Assembly: GCA_043732485.1 (NCBI GenBank)
Contig: JAYTHP010000107.1
Location: 1-34,110 of the forward strand
Source of the DNA: Oligoflexia bacterium
Lineage (GTDB): Bacteria; Bdellovibrionota; UBA1018
DNA: 34,110 nt
Direction of reading: 5' to 3'
A program made the translations under genes and the position numbers. The notes beneath the pieces were generated by a model. It did not search any database. It was not told the DNA's origin and saw nothing but the letters and a program-made list of their open reading frames with translations. Shown one piece after another: positions 8,961 to 17,443 of the stretch (position 1 is its first letter; each line of letters begins with the position of its first letter).

Positions 8961-10166
8961 ATGAAAGTATCCGTAAGTCAAATGAAAGCCCATGATCGCC
9001 GAGGCCTCGCGTCTCAGCTCTTCCTTGTCTTAGGATTAGTCACTCTGTTAAGTGGCTGCTCCGGAGAGGAGACCAAGGATGAAAATGCTGATGAAGGCGC
9101 ACCGCCTGCTGCTCAAACGGACGCGGTGCCTACTGACGGCATCGATGGTGCGACGGCAGCAACCGGAACGGCTTCGCCTGATCCTTTGAGTCCTGATGGA
9201 GTGGCAGGAGCCACCCCTCCGGCGGTTCCTGGCGCAGACGCTTCTTCGGCGCCGGTGCCCCCTGATGTTCCTCCCGTGAGTGTGGCTTCCGGTGCACCTG
9301 ATGCTTCTTTGACACCTACCCCCAGTGATAGCCCGTCTTCTGTGGCTTCGTCGGGCTTAGGATCGGATCCCACAGCGAGTGGCTCTTCGACGCCTGACCC
9401 AGATGGCTCAGCAAAGTCGTCTGCAGGTGGCGGTGAAGGGGGCGATTCGGCTGAGGGCAGCTCCGAGTACACGGTGAAGCGCGCGGATACTTTGATTAAA
9501 ATTGCTTTTGAAAGCTATGGCGATTTCTCCAAGTGGAAAGAGATCTATCAGTTGAATAAGGCTAATTTACCGAACCCGAACCTCATCTCGGAAGGGGTTT
9601 CATTGAAGTTACCCAAGCCGTTGCATCCTCCTCATCTTAAGAGACAGGGCACGTCTTACGTGATTAAACCGGGCGATACGCTTGCAAAAATCGCAGCCGA
9701 GCTCTACGGCAATGCCTCGAAGTGGAAGATGCTGTGGAATAACAATCGCCAGCTGATTACTAATCCCAACCGCATCTTTGCAGGCTTTAAGATCTACTAT
9801 CAGCGGATCAAGGGCATGCCAGAACCAGGGGAAGACGGTCTCCCAGTCACTAACTCCTTAGTGGGGGGAGCCGATCCGGCACCGATGGGGCAAATGGGGC
9901 AGCAATCGCAAGCCCAGGCTGCCCAGACGGCCCAGATGGCCCAGGCGGCCCAGACGACAATGATGGGCGGCGGCGCGCAGAGCGGAGCAACCGGCGGAGC
10001 AATGATGCCAGGCATGGTGCGAGATCCTTCGGCGATGACGCCTCCAGCACCCTTTACGACAGGCGCTGCCACGGCAGCTCCAGCACCAGGCAATCCCGCT
10101 GACACCTCCCAGCCTCCGTTACAGCCGGGAGCTTTGACCGGCAATCCCTTGCCTGCTTCGCCTTAG
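8961..10166 (+). CDS. Lipoprotein with two LysM domains flanked by long low-complexity regions
   Basis: Lipobox LLSG-C; LysM repeats YTVKRADTLIKIAFESYGDFSKWKEIYQLN..PNLI and YVIKPGDTLAKIAAELYGNASKWKMLWNNN..PNRI. Confidence 0.9.
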   Translation: MKVSVSQMKAHDRRGLASQLFLVLGLVTLLSGCSGEETKDENADEGAPPAAQTDAVPTDGIDGATAATGTASPDPLSPDGVAGATPPAVPGADASSAPVPPDVPPVSVASGAPDASLTPTPSDSPSSVASSGLGSDPTASGSSTPDPDGSAKSSAGGGEGGDSAEGSSEYTVKRADTLIKIAFESYGDFSKWKEIYQLNKANLPNPNLISEGVSLKLPKPLHPPHLKRQGTSYVIKPGDTLAKIAAELYGNASKWKMLWNNNRQLITNPNRIFAGFKIYYQRIKGMPEPGEDGLPVTNSLVGGADPAPMGQMGQQSQAQAAQTAQMAQAAQTTMMGGGAQSGATGGAMMPGMVRDPSAMTPPAPFTTGAATAAPAPGNPADTSQPPLQPGALTGNPLPASP

Positions 10167-10325
10167 ACCTCCGCACTCCCAGCAATCAGCGACAAAAGGT
10201 TTGCTGCGGGGGGGCGGGAGAGTGTGAGAAGGCAAAACGCCGCGGGCCTGGTGGGGGATTAAAAAAATTGCCCCCGCCTTGAGATAAGGTTGCGCAAACT
10301 CTGCAGAAAGCGGTAAGAAGCACAA

Positions 10326-11588
10326 GTGCGCGTTACGCAAGCTCTCAAGCAACTCCGTTTTCTTGGCACGCCGTGGCGGCGGGCGTTTGCGGCTGGCCGT
10401 TTTTGCGCTCTTTGGCTCAGCTTGGGACAACAGCGGGCACGGGTCTCGTGGATCGCCTGCGTGAGACGTCCTTTACCTGATAAAAAAAATCAAGAATTAA
10501 TCGAGGCGCCTTGTCTGCGCAGTTCTTTTGCCCCTGTGGGTCTCTGGGCCGGGTTGAGCATGCTGGCTGTAGCTTGTCAAACCCCTGGTCCACGCAGAGC
10601 CGTTAGCCAAAATGATCTGCAGCAGCAAGTGCGATTGCTGACCCAAAAGACGATCGCACAGTTGGTGCGTAACGACTGTGCCAGCCCGTCACTAGCTGCA
10701 AAGTTGCAGCCCTTTCTGGCAAGCGTCAAGCAGCGGTTTCAAGGCTGCGTGAGCGACCCAGAGCGATTGGCTCGCCTGCAGTTTGTGGTCTTACGCCATG
10801 CTTGGCAAGAGGCCTTAGGGGTTGACAAAAGGGGGGGGGTTACCCGCCTCAGCCTCGTCCCGCAAAACGAGGCGCTTGAGCCTGATTTTTTGACCAGGCT
10901 TGCCGCAGGCGAGCATCTTTGGTTACAAGACACTTTTTTTCTCGCACCCGCAAGTGTTCTGGCTTTAGAGTCAGAAAACGAATTCGCAGCCGAATTTTCC
11001 CTGACGTTGAGCTATTTTTTTAGCGAACGCTTTGAAAAATACTGGCATAAGCGTTTGAGATCGGAAATAATGAGCACTCAAGCTCACGATCTTGCTGGCA
11101 TGGGTGAGGTTTGGGAGCTTGATCCTGAGGGGGAAAAAGAAGAGTTGGCTTCTCCTGCCAGTGTGAGTCTCGAGGAGGAAGCACAGGCGTGGGAAAAAGA
11201 GCAGATCAAGCAGGCTGCAAGCTTACTCTACTGCGCAGGTTACGATAACCGTGGTTTGATTACGCTGCAGCAAAAAGGGGAAGCGGGCAATTTAGGGCAG
11301 GCTTCCCTCAAGGCTCATGAAAAAAACTATGAAAATCTGCATGAAGCCGTGGTTCAGCGAGCAGAGTCTGCGCGGCGGGTAGAGAGCGAAGCAAAAAAGC
11401 AATGGATTCGCTTAGAGATTGCCAGGACCTCGCCGCTGCGTAATCCTCTGGTTGATTCTGCACAGTTTCATCACTTTCAAGCACTATTACGGCAAGGGCT
11501 CGTAGCCAGGGGGCGGGCCAAGAGCAAAAAGCTGCCAACGAAGGACACCACTCATGAATCAAAGCAATCCGTCACAGCTCACCCCTGA
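10326..11588 (+). CDS. Putative lipoprotein with a degenerate M48-peptidase-like fold (no HEXXH)
   Basis: Lipobox-like LAVA-C (true start probably ~10461 or later). FFLAPASVLALESENEFAAEFSLTLSY aligns to M48 'GLL..L.SE.ELAAVLAHEIAH'; LLYCAGYDNRGL aligns to 'M..AGYDP.A'. 3' end overlaps the amgK start. Confidence 0.6.
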   Translation: MRVTQALKQLRFLGTPWRRAFAAGRFCALWLSLGQQRARVSWIACVRRPLPDKKNQELIEAPCLRSSFAPVGLWAGLSMLAVACQTPGPRRAVSQNDLQQQVRLLTQKTIAQLVRNDCASPSLAAKLQPFLASVKQRFQGCVSDPERLARLQFVVLRHAWQEALGVDKRGGVTRLSLVPQNEALEPDFLTRLAAGEHLWLQDTFFLAPASVLALESENEFAAEFSLTLSYFFSERFEKYWHKRLRSEIMSTQAHDLAGMGEVWELDPEGEKEELASPASVSLEEEAQAWEKEQIKQAASLLYCAGYDNRGLITLQQKGEAGNLGQASLKAHEKNYENLHEAVVQRAESARRVESEAKKQWIRLEIARTSPLRNPLVDSAQFHHFQALLRQGLVARGRAKSKKLPTKDTTHESKQSVTAHP

Positions 11589-12702
11589 TCTTCTTGAGGT
11601 GATAGAAGGCGAGGAGATTAAAAAATGGCTCCACCCCTTTAAACCCGTCGCGTCAATCGTTAGGCTACCAGGAGATGCCAGTTCTCGCAAATACTTCCGC
11701 GTGTCGTCGGCGGCATCGGGTGATGTTCCCGGTGACTCTTACATCGTGATGCGGATGGAGCCTTTTTCGCAAGGGACGGCTTCAAATTTACCTTTTTTAG
11801 CGATGCAGGGATTTTTGTGGCAATCCCAAGTCCCGGTGCCTCAGGTGCACTGGATGCAGCCTGAGCGCGGTTTAATCGTTTTAGAGGACCTGGGAGATCA
11901 AACCCTGTTACATCGCTTGGCTGCGACCGGGTCTGAGGCTGAAGAGACGGCTCTTTACCAGCAGGTGATTGATCTTTTGGTCCAATTTCAGCTCAAGACT
12001 AAGGGGGCCTATGAGGCTGCAAGAAGCGCGGCATTAGCGTCGCCGTCGACAACATCACCGTCATCGCTTGGCGCACGTGAGGAGCTTCCCTCGCTTGAGT
12101 GTTTTCAGCTGCGATTTGATTATGAAAAGCTGATGTGGGAAGTGAATTTCACGATTGAAAATTTCTTAAAAAAATACCTCAAAAGAACGCTCAGCCTTGA
12201 GGATCTCACTGTCTTGCAAGAGGGTTTTTCGCAGATTTGTCGTCTGCTTGCCGACCAGCCGGTGGTGTTAACGCACCGCGATTACCATAGCCGCAATGTC
12301 ATGCTGCATGAAAACCGGTGGCTGATGATCGACTTTCAAGACGCAAGACTAGGTCCGATGCAGTATGATTTAGCCTCTCTTTTGAGCGATAGTTATTATC
12401 AGCTGTCTGAAACCCAGGAGCATTTTTTAACGAATTATTACTATCAGCAGATCGCGCAGCAGGGAGGCGAGTTGCAGATTGCGCTCCTAGCGCGGGCTGA
12501 GTTTGACCGCTTGCTCGATTTGATGGCCGTGCAGAGAAACTTTAAGGCCATTGGCAGTTTTTCCTTTTTTTTGAATCAGCGAGGCGATGCCCGGTATTTG
12601 AAGTATATTGGCAATACCTTTGAATCGATGCGGCTCAGGTTGGGTCGCTACCCGCAGTTTGCTCGTCTGCGGGAAGTCTTGTTTCGGTACTATCATTTTT
12701 AG
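11554..12702 (+). CDS. amgK: N-acetylmuramate/N-acetylglucosamine 1-kinase (APH-family phosphotransferase)
   Basis: Motifs LPGDASSRKYFR, LEDLGD, HRDYHSRNVM, IDFQDARLGPMQYDLASLL, QRNFKAIGSF; directly upstream of a nucleotidyltransferase. Confidence 0.85.
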   Translation: MNQSNPSQLTPDLLEVIEGEEIKKWLHPFKPVASIVRLPGDASSRKYFRVSSAASGDVPGDSYIVMRMEPFSQGTASNLPFLAMQGFLWQSQVPVPQVHWMQPERGLIVLEDLGDQTLLHRLAATGSEAEETALYQQVIDLLVQFQLKTKGAYEAARSAALASPSTTSPSSLGAREELPSLECFQLRFDYEKLMWEVNFTIENFLKKYLKRTLSLEDLTVLQEGFSQICRLLADQPVVLTHRDYHSRNVMLHENRWLMIDFQDARLGPMQYDLASLLSDSYYQLSETQEHFLTNYYYQQIAQQGGELQIALLARAEFDRLLDLMAVQRNFKAIGSFSFFLNQRGDARYLKYIGNTFESMRLRLGRYPQFARLREVLFRYYHF

Positions 12703-12900
12703 TCAGGAGAGAGAGAGAGCTTTTGCTTGAGGGCGTGAAGTGCGTCCAAGGTGAGGCATGGCGCTCGAGCTCAGCAGGAAGGGTGGGGGGGGGCAACGTG
12801 CTGCCGAGTGCTCACTCGCCTCCTTGCCGCAAAAAGCTGTCCAGAAGAGAGTTACCCAAAAAAATCTAAAAAAAATTAGAGCACACAAAAAGTAGGGGGA

Positions 12901-14196
12901 GTGTTGATGGCTTTGAACATTCAGCAGGCTATGCTCATGACGGCGGGTCGAGGCACCAGGCTTGCTCCGTTCACGGACGATTGTCCTAAGCCTTTTTTGC
13001 CGTTAATGGGAGTTCCCACCCTGCAATTTGGGGTTGATCATTTGCGGGCCGCAGGGGTGCGCTCGTTCGTGGCTAACGTTCATTATCTGCCGCAGCTGGC
13101 ACGCCAGGCGTTGGCGCAGCTTGACTGGGAGGGCGGTGGTATTGATGTCGGCGTTGCAGGAGAAAGTGCTAAAAAAACTGCAAGTGCGCTCACCTGGCAA
13201 GTGAGTGACGAGTCGTTGCGCCTGCTGGGCAGCGCAGGGGGGATTGCGCGCGGCAGTCGCTTGCTCAAGCCTGAGCCCTTTTTTTTGATGAACGGCGATG
13301 TGGTCTGCGACCTCTCGCTTCAGGCGCTAGCGGATCGCCATCACGAGCTGCGAGCGTCACGCCAGGTGGAGTTGACTCTAGGGTTAGTCGTGTTGGCTCC
13401 CCACCAGCAGCAGGGAAAGGCTGCCGGGATACACGGCTACCGCAGCATTGAGGTGGATGAAGTGCGTGGGCTGGTGACGGGTTTAGGAGAGCGGTCGCAG
13501 GATCGGGCTTTTTTTTCAGGCATCGCCGTGGTTGAGCCCTCAGGCTTAGTGGCGAAGCTGAGTCCCGATCAGCCTGCTGATTTCGTCGAAGCGCTGCTGG
13601 GGCCTGCCATCCATCAGGGGAAAGTCGGCTACTGGCTTGCGCCCTCTGCTTTTTCTGCTGCCACCTCCCCTGCCGCTTCTACCGCGTGGTTTGACACCGG
13701 CTCACCTCGTGACTGGTGGTTAACGCACCTGACTTGGATGCGACTGCTGGGCGAGTCGTCGAGGTGGGGGGGCTGGGCTCAGGCGGGACGTGCGCGCTGG
13801 AAAGCACGCGTGGAGAGTCAAAGTGGTGAGTTAGCGGCGGCAGGAAACGGTGACGGTGGTGGTGGTGTGTGGGTTGCCAACCAGTGGCTCGGCATGCCCT
13901 CCCTGAGAGCGTTGTCGTTGCAGGCGCCCTTCTTTCTAGGTGGGCTCAGTGGGGGTAGCGGTGCGCCACAGGCAGAGGGTAGCGAGGCGTCGGCGGTGGC
14001 TTTGAGTCGGTTCGCGCTGGATCGGTTCGCTCCAGGCACGGTGTTTTATCCGCAGTCGCAACTCCTAGCCCCTTCATCGCTGCGGCAGGCGGCTTTGTCG
14101 TCGCTAGAGGAGGAGAAGGAAGAGGGAGTGGGGGCTGAGCACCCTCAGCCCGGAATCGGATGGGGAAGCCATTGGGTAGGTGGGCTTAAGGAGTGA
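12901..14196 (+). CDS. murU: MurNAc-1-phosphate uridylyltransferase-like nucleotidyltransferase with extended C-terminus
   Basis: Motifs AMLMTAGRGTRLAPFTDDCPKP, NVHYL, LLGSAGGI, FFLMNGDV, WFDTGSP; follows amgK. Confidence 0.75.
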   Translation: MLMALNIQQAMLMTAGRGTRLAPFTDDCPKPFLPLMGVPTLQFGVDHLRAAGVRSFVANVHYLPQLARQALAQLDWEGGGIDVGVAGESAKKTASALTWQVSDESLRLLGSAGGIARGSRLLKPEPFFLMNGDVVCDLSLQALADRHHELRASRQVELTLGLVVLAPHQQQGKAAGIHGYRSIEVDEVRGLVTGLGERSQDRAFFSGIAVVEPSGLVAKLSPDQPADFVEALLGPAIHQGKVGYWLAPSAFSAATSPAASTAWFDTGSPRDWWLTHLTWMRLLGESSRWGGWAQAGRARWKARVESQSGELAAAGNGDGGGGVWVANQWLGMPSLRALSLQAPFFLGGLSGGSGAPQAEGSEASAVALSRFALDRFAPGTVFYPQSQLLAPSSLRQAALSSLEEEKEEGVGAEHPQPGIGWGSHWVGGLKE

Positions 14197-14301
14197 GTGT
14201 TGGTGCGGGGCGGGGGCGCACGCGGTGAGGGGGTGATACGGTGATGTGAGGTTGCGGGTGTTGGGTTGCAGGCTCTGGCGCAAACTGCGTTTTTGGGTCT
14301 T

Positions 14302-15543
14302 TTACGCGGCTGGTGGTGGGTTGAGAAATTGTAAAACCTGCCTCCAATTCGCGCCCGGTAGGATCTGCGCTGGCGGGGCAAATCCTCGGGTGGCTCCCGT
14401 CCAGGCTCCTCCAAGCGGCTGCCCCAGGAGCGCGAGCAGGCCAAAATAAGCAAACGCCGTGGCCTCAATCCAGCTTGAGTCTAAGCCCCAGTCTTCAAGT
14501 CTTGCGACTTTCACTTGGGGTAGTAGGGCTTGAATCTGGTTTAAGAGGGTGAGGTTTTTAGCGCCGCCGCCACAAAAGTAGATTGCTTTGAGGGGGCGCT
14601 TCTTTTGCAAAATCCAGGTCTGATAGGCCTGAGCAATCGATTGGCTGGTTAACGCCGTGGCGGTGCTAATGAGCCTAGCATCGCGGTGGCGGGTGGCTTT
14701 GAGTAGCAAATGAAAAGGGAAATCATCGCGTCCGGTGGACTTAGGGGGTGGGGCTTGGAAAAAAGCGATGGTGTTGAGCAGCTGATCGACCGCTTTTTGA
14801 TCCGTGCGGTGGGCGGCTGCCAGCCTTCCCCCCCGGTCAAAAAGCTGAGCGTGGTTTGTCACCTGCTGCACTGCGGCATCAATCCAAAGATTAGCCGGTC
14901 CGGTGTCACACGCTAAAAGCTGACCTTTAGGATCTAAGTAACTGAAATTACTGATGCCTCCCAGGTTATGGAGCGCAATCCCGGAGCGGGCTTCCTCAGG
15001 CGTGGCGAGCTTGTGAATCAGGTTTTGATGAAAACGAGGCACCAGCGGTGCGCCTTGCCCACCTGCAGCCAAATCTCCTAAGCGAAACTGTTGGATCACC
15101 GTGAGGCCGGTTGCAAACGCCAGCTGGGCTCCGTCACCTAGTTGCAAGGTGACGCCTCCCTGGCCTTGAAGCTGAGCGGGAAGTTTAGGCAGTCTAGTCG
15201 GATGATGAGCGACGGTCTGTCCGTGGTTGGCAAGCACGTGCGGTTGCGCTTTGTGTCGCTTTAAGGCGGCTTGGACGCTGGCGCCGTACCAAACGCCAAG
15301 CTTGCGGTTGAGTTGCAAGAGGGTGAGCAGGGAGAGGGTTTTTTTCGGGTCTTGCAGTGCCAGCACTTCTTGTCTGAGGCGGCTGGGGTAGGCTGCTGAG
15401 GCTTGCCACAAGGTTTTCCAGGGCGATTGCGCGTCAGGCGACCGGAACTCTAAACAAGCAAGCTCCATGCCGTCGCAAGAAGTCCCTGTCATGATGCCTA
15501 AAATTCTTAAGGGTTTTTGTGGGGCTTGAACAAGTGCTTTCAT
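14302..15543 (-). CDS. anmK: Anhydro-N-acetylmuramic acid kinase
   Basis: Motifs ILGIMTGTSCDG, HGQTVAH, TLQLGD, FRLGDLAAGGQGAPLVP, NLGGISN, DTGPAN, PPPKSTGR, CGGGAKN, EATAFA. ORF extends to 15606. Confidence 0.93.
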   Translation of the reverse strand: MKALVQAPQKPLRILGIMTGTSCDGMELACLEFRSPDAQSPWKTLWQASAAYPSRLRQEVLALQDPKKTLSLLTLLQLNRKLGVWYGASVQAALKRHKAQPHVLANHGQTVAHHPTRLPKLPAQLQGQGGVTLQLGDGAQLAFATGLTVIQQFRLGDLAAGGQGAPLVPRFHQNLIHKLATPEEARSGIALHNLGGISNFSYLDPKGQLLACDTGPANLWIDAAVQQVTNHAQLFDRGGRLAAAHRTDQKAVDQLLNTIAFFQAPPPKSTGRDDFPFHLLLKATRHRDARLISTATALTSQSIAQAYQTWILQKKRPLKAIYFCGGGAKNLTLLNQIQALLPQVKVARLEDWGLDSSWIEATAFAYFGLLALLGQPLGGAWTGATRGFAPPAQILPGANWRQVLQFLNPPPAA

Positions 15544-15595
15544 TTCTTGATCTCTTTTTAGGATTTTTGGGTACTCTTTTTTCGGCAAGCTGGGG

Positions 15596-15625
15596 TTGCA
15601 AGACATGAGGGTTTCAGTCTAGCAT
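15596..15625 (+). promoter_or_regulatory. Putative sigma70 promoter giving a leaderless mRNA for the 15632 gene
   Basis: TTGCAA-N18-TAGCAT followed by 6 nt and then the ATG at 15632. Confidence 0.5.
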
Positions 15626-15631
15626 AAGAAA

Positions 15632-16537
15632 ATGATCATTGTCTCTCGCTCGAAGCGATTTTTTTTATCCTGCGCGCTGATGTTCCTTGCAGCTCCCTTG
15701 CTGGCGCTTGAAATTATTCTCGATCAGGGAGCCTCGTGGTGGTCCTTGCCGCTGCAAAAAATAACCAGTTGGGGGATTTTTGCAACCCTTTTGGCTGCAG
15801 TTTTAGCTCACGGGATTTTGCAGTTGCGGGTGAGAGCGTTTTACGGTTTAGTTTTTTGGCTCAGTTTGTGGGAGTTGGCCAGTCTCTACCGCACCTTCTT
15901 GCATCAATCGGCGGCCTTAGCTTTTTTTTCGCTGCTGTTACTGGCCGCCATGATGGCCTGGGTGCCGTGGTTGCGCAGGGAGATGAATCGCAGCTATCAG
16001 CGCCCGGGTACCCACTGGTACCAGGGGCTGCCGCCTACCCTGCCGGGGATTGTTTGCAGCCTGGCGTGCGCCCATTTTGAGTGTGAGGCCACTGTGTCGC
16101 AGTTGGATGCGGATGGAGTTTTTTTACTGCTCATTCCCAAAAAGCTGCAAGCCGTTTTAGGTGCCAAGCCCTACTCCGAGTCGCCCACGGGAACTGGTGG
16201 TCGCAGGCTTACCGCCTGGCCTGATGAAGCGAGCCAGGGTGAGGCTGGGGCAAGCGCAGAACCCTCGCCCCAGCCCTTGACTAATTTTCTTGAGCTGGTG
16301 GCTGCCTTAGGGAGAAGAAAACACCCCCCCGCTCAGCTGCAGTTTCATTTCGCAGGCGAGACTCTGACCTGTCAGGGGCGGCTTGCGATGGTGGCTTTAG
16401 CGGGAAAAGGCGCCGGATTTCGCTGGCTCAATGGCTTATCTCCCGGTGCAGGCTTGTCCCTGGGCGATCATCAAAAAAAGTTTGGTGATTTTTTTGAAAC
16501 ACTAGTGGCTCAAGGCGTTACTTTTCACGAGCATTGA
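15632..16537 (+). CDS. 4-TM membrane protein with a probable degenerate PilZ-like C-terminal domain
   Basis: Four hydrophobic helices, then RPGTHWY, ATVSQLDADGVFL (DxSxxG-like) and GAGFRW, as in PilZ beta barrels; no clear RxxxR motif. Confidence 0.55.
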   Translation: MIIVSRSKRFFLSCALMFLAAPLLALEIILDQGASWWSLPLQKITSWGIFATLLAAVLAHGILQLRVRAFYGLVFWLSLWELASLYRTFLHQSAALAFFSLLLLAAMMAWVPWLRREMNRSYQRPGTHWYQGLPPTLPGIVCSLACAHFECEATVSQLDADGVFLLLIPKKLQAVLGAKPYSESPTGTGGRRLTAWPDEASQGEAGASAEPSPQPLTNFLELVAALGRRKHPPAQLQFHFAGETLTCQGRLAMVALAGKGAGFRWLNGLSPGAGLSLGDHQKKFGDFFETLVAQGVTFHEH

Positions 16538-16637
16538 AGCCCACGCGGCTTGAAAAGGCCTGAAAGTGCCGCTCTCATCAAGCGGGCTCACTTGCTCATG
16601 TTTGAGGCTGTCTCATACAAGACACACTCAGGGGGGA

Positions 16638-16663
16638 TTAAGTTTTTGACGGGGATTTCCGAT
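16638..16663 (+). promoter_or_regulatory. Candidate sigma28 (FliA)-type promoter of GAF-pilT
   Basis: TTAAG-N15-TCCGAT ending 27 nt upstream of ATG 16691. Confidence 0.45.
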
Positions 16664-16690
16664 CTGACTCCTTGAGAGGCGGACTTAGAG

Positions 16691-17443
16691 ATGGCGCAAA
16701 ATAATCAGGGCAATCAGCAGCAGCAAAACGGCGAAGGGGTAAGGCAAACGCAAGCGCGTCACCAGCCTGTTTCGCAAATGCAGCAGGACCAGGAGCAGCA
16801 GCAGCCTTACGGTGAGTCCGCTCTGTTTGAGGACCCTGAACGGCAGCTACCTGCGAGTACCGCTCAGCGCAAGCTTGTGGCGCTTGAGCATTTCGTCTCG
16901 CTGTTAGTCCAGAATATCGATTTTGATCATTTTGCCAAAGAAATTCTGGTGGCCATGATGACGGCCGTTCCGACCGAGACTAGCTCATTTTTAGAGATTA
17001 ACCCCAAAATCCAAAGCCTGTTCTTTCGGGCGATGATCGGGAATCAATCCGATCAGCTGAAGCACTTTTTAATCCCCATGGGCCAGGGGATTGTCGGGCA
17101 GGCGGTGCGCGCTCGACAGTTGATTCTGGTAGATGACATGGCAGCCGATCAGCGCCACTTAAAGGCCATTGCTAACACCGCAGGCTTTGAAGTCAGAAAC
17201 TGTGTGGCCTTGCCAGTGATTGTCAGGGGTGAGGTTTTTGCGGTGATTGAACTCATGAACCGGGTGGGCGAAGCCAAATTTTTGGCGCAAGATCTGGAGA
17301 TCTTAACGTCGTTGTTGCGCCTGTCAGGGGAGGTGATTGAAGCAAGGCTGATGCTCTCCTGGGTGCAATCGCATGCTGCAGTCGCAGGTCAGGACCAGGA
17401 GGAGGAGCAAGTGAGTGGCCTTAGTAGGCGTCAGGCGAGCTAG
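16691..17443 (+). CDS. Stand-alone GAF-domain protein with Gln-rich N-terminus
   Basis: IPMGQGIVGQAV, VDDMAADQRH, GFEVRNCVALPVIVRGEVFAVIELMNR, FLAQDLEIL (GAF NKFDE-like tail); stop overlaps the pilT GTG. Confidence 0.85.
   Translation: MAQNNQGNQQQQNGEGVRQTQARHQPVSQMQQDQEQQQPYGESALFEDPERQLPASTAQRKLVALEHFVSLLVQNIDFDHFAKEILVAMMTAVPTETSSFLEINPKIQSLFFRAMIGNQSDQLKHFLIPMGQGIVGQAVRARQLILVDDMAADQRHLKAIANTAGFEVRNCVALPVIVRGEVFAVIELMNRVGEAKFLAQDLEILTSLLRLSGEVIEARLMLSWVQSHAAVAGQDQEEEQVSGLSRRQAS

Noticed and set aside
11554..12702. Aminoglycoside resistance gene
   Set aside because: The GDASxRxYxR and HRDYHSRN motifs and the murU/anmK context indicate AmgK.
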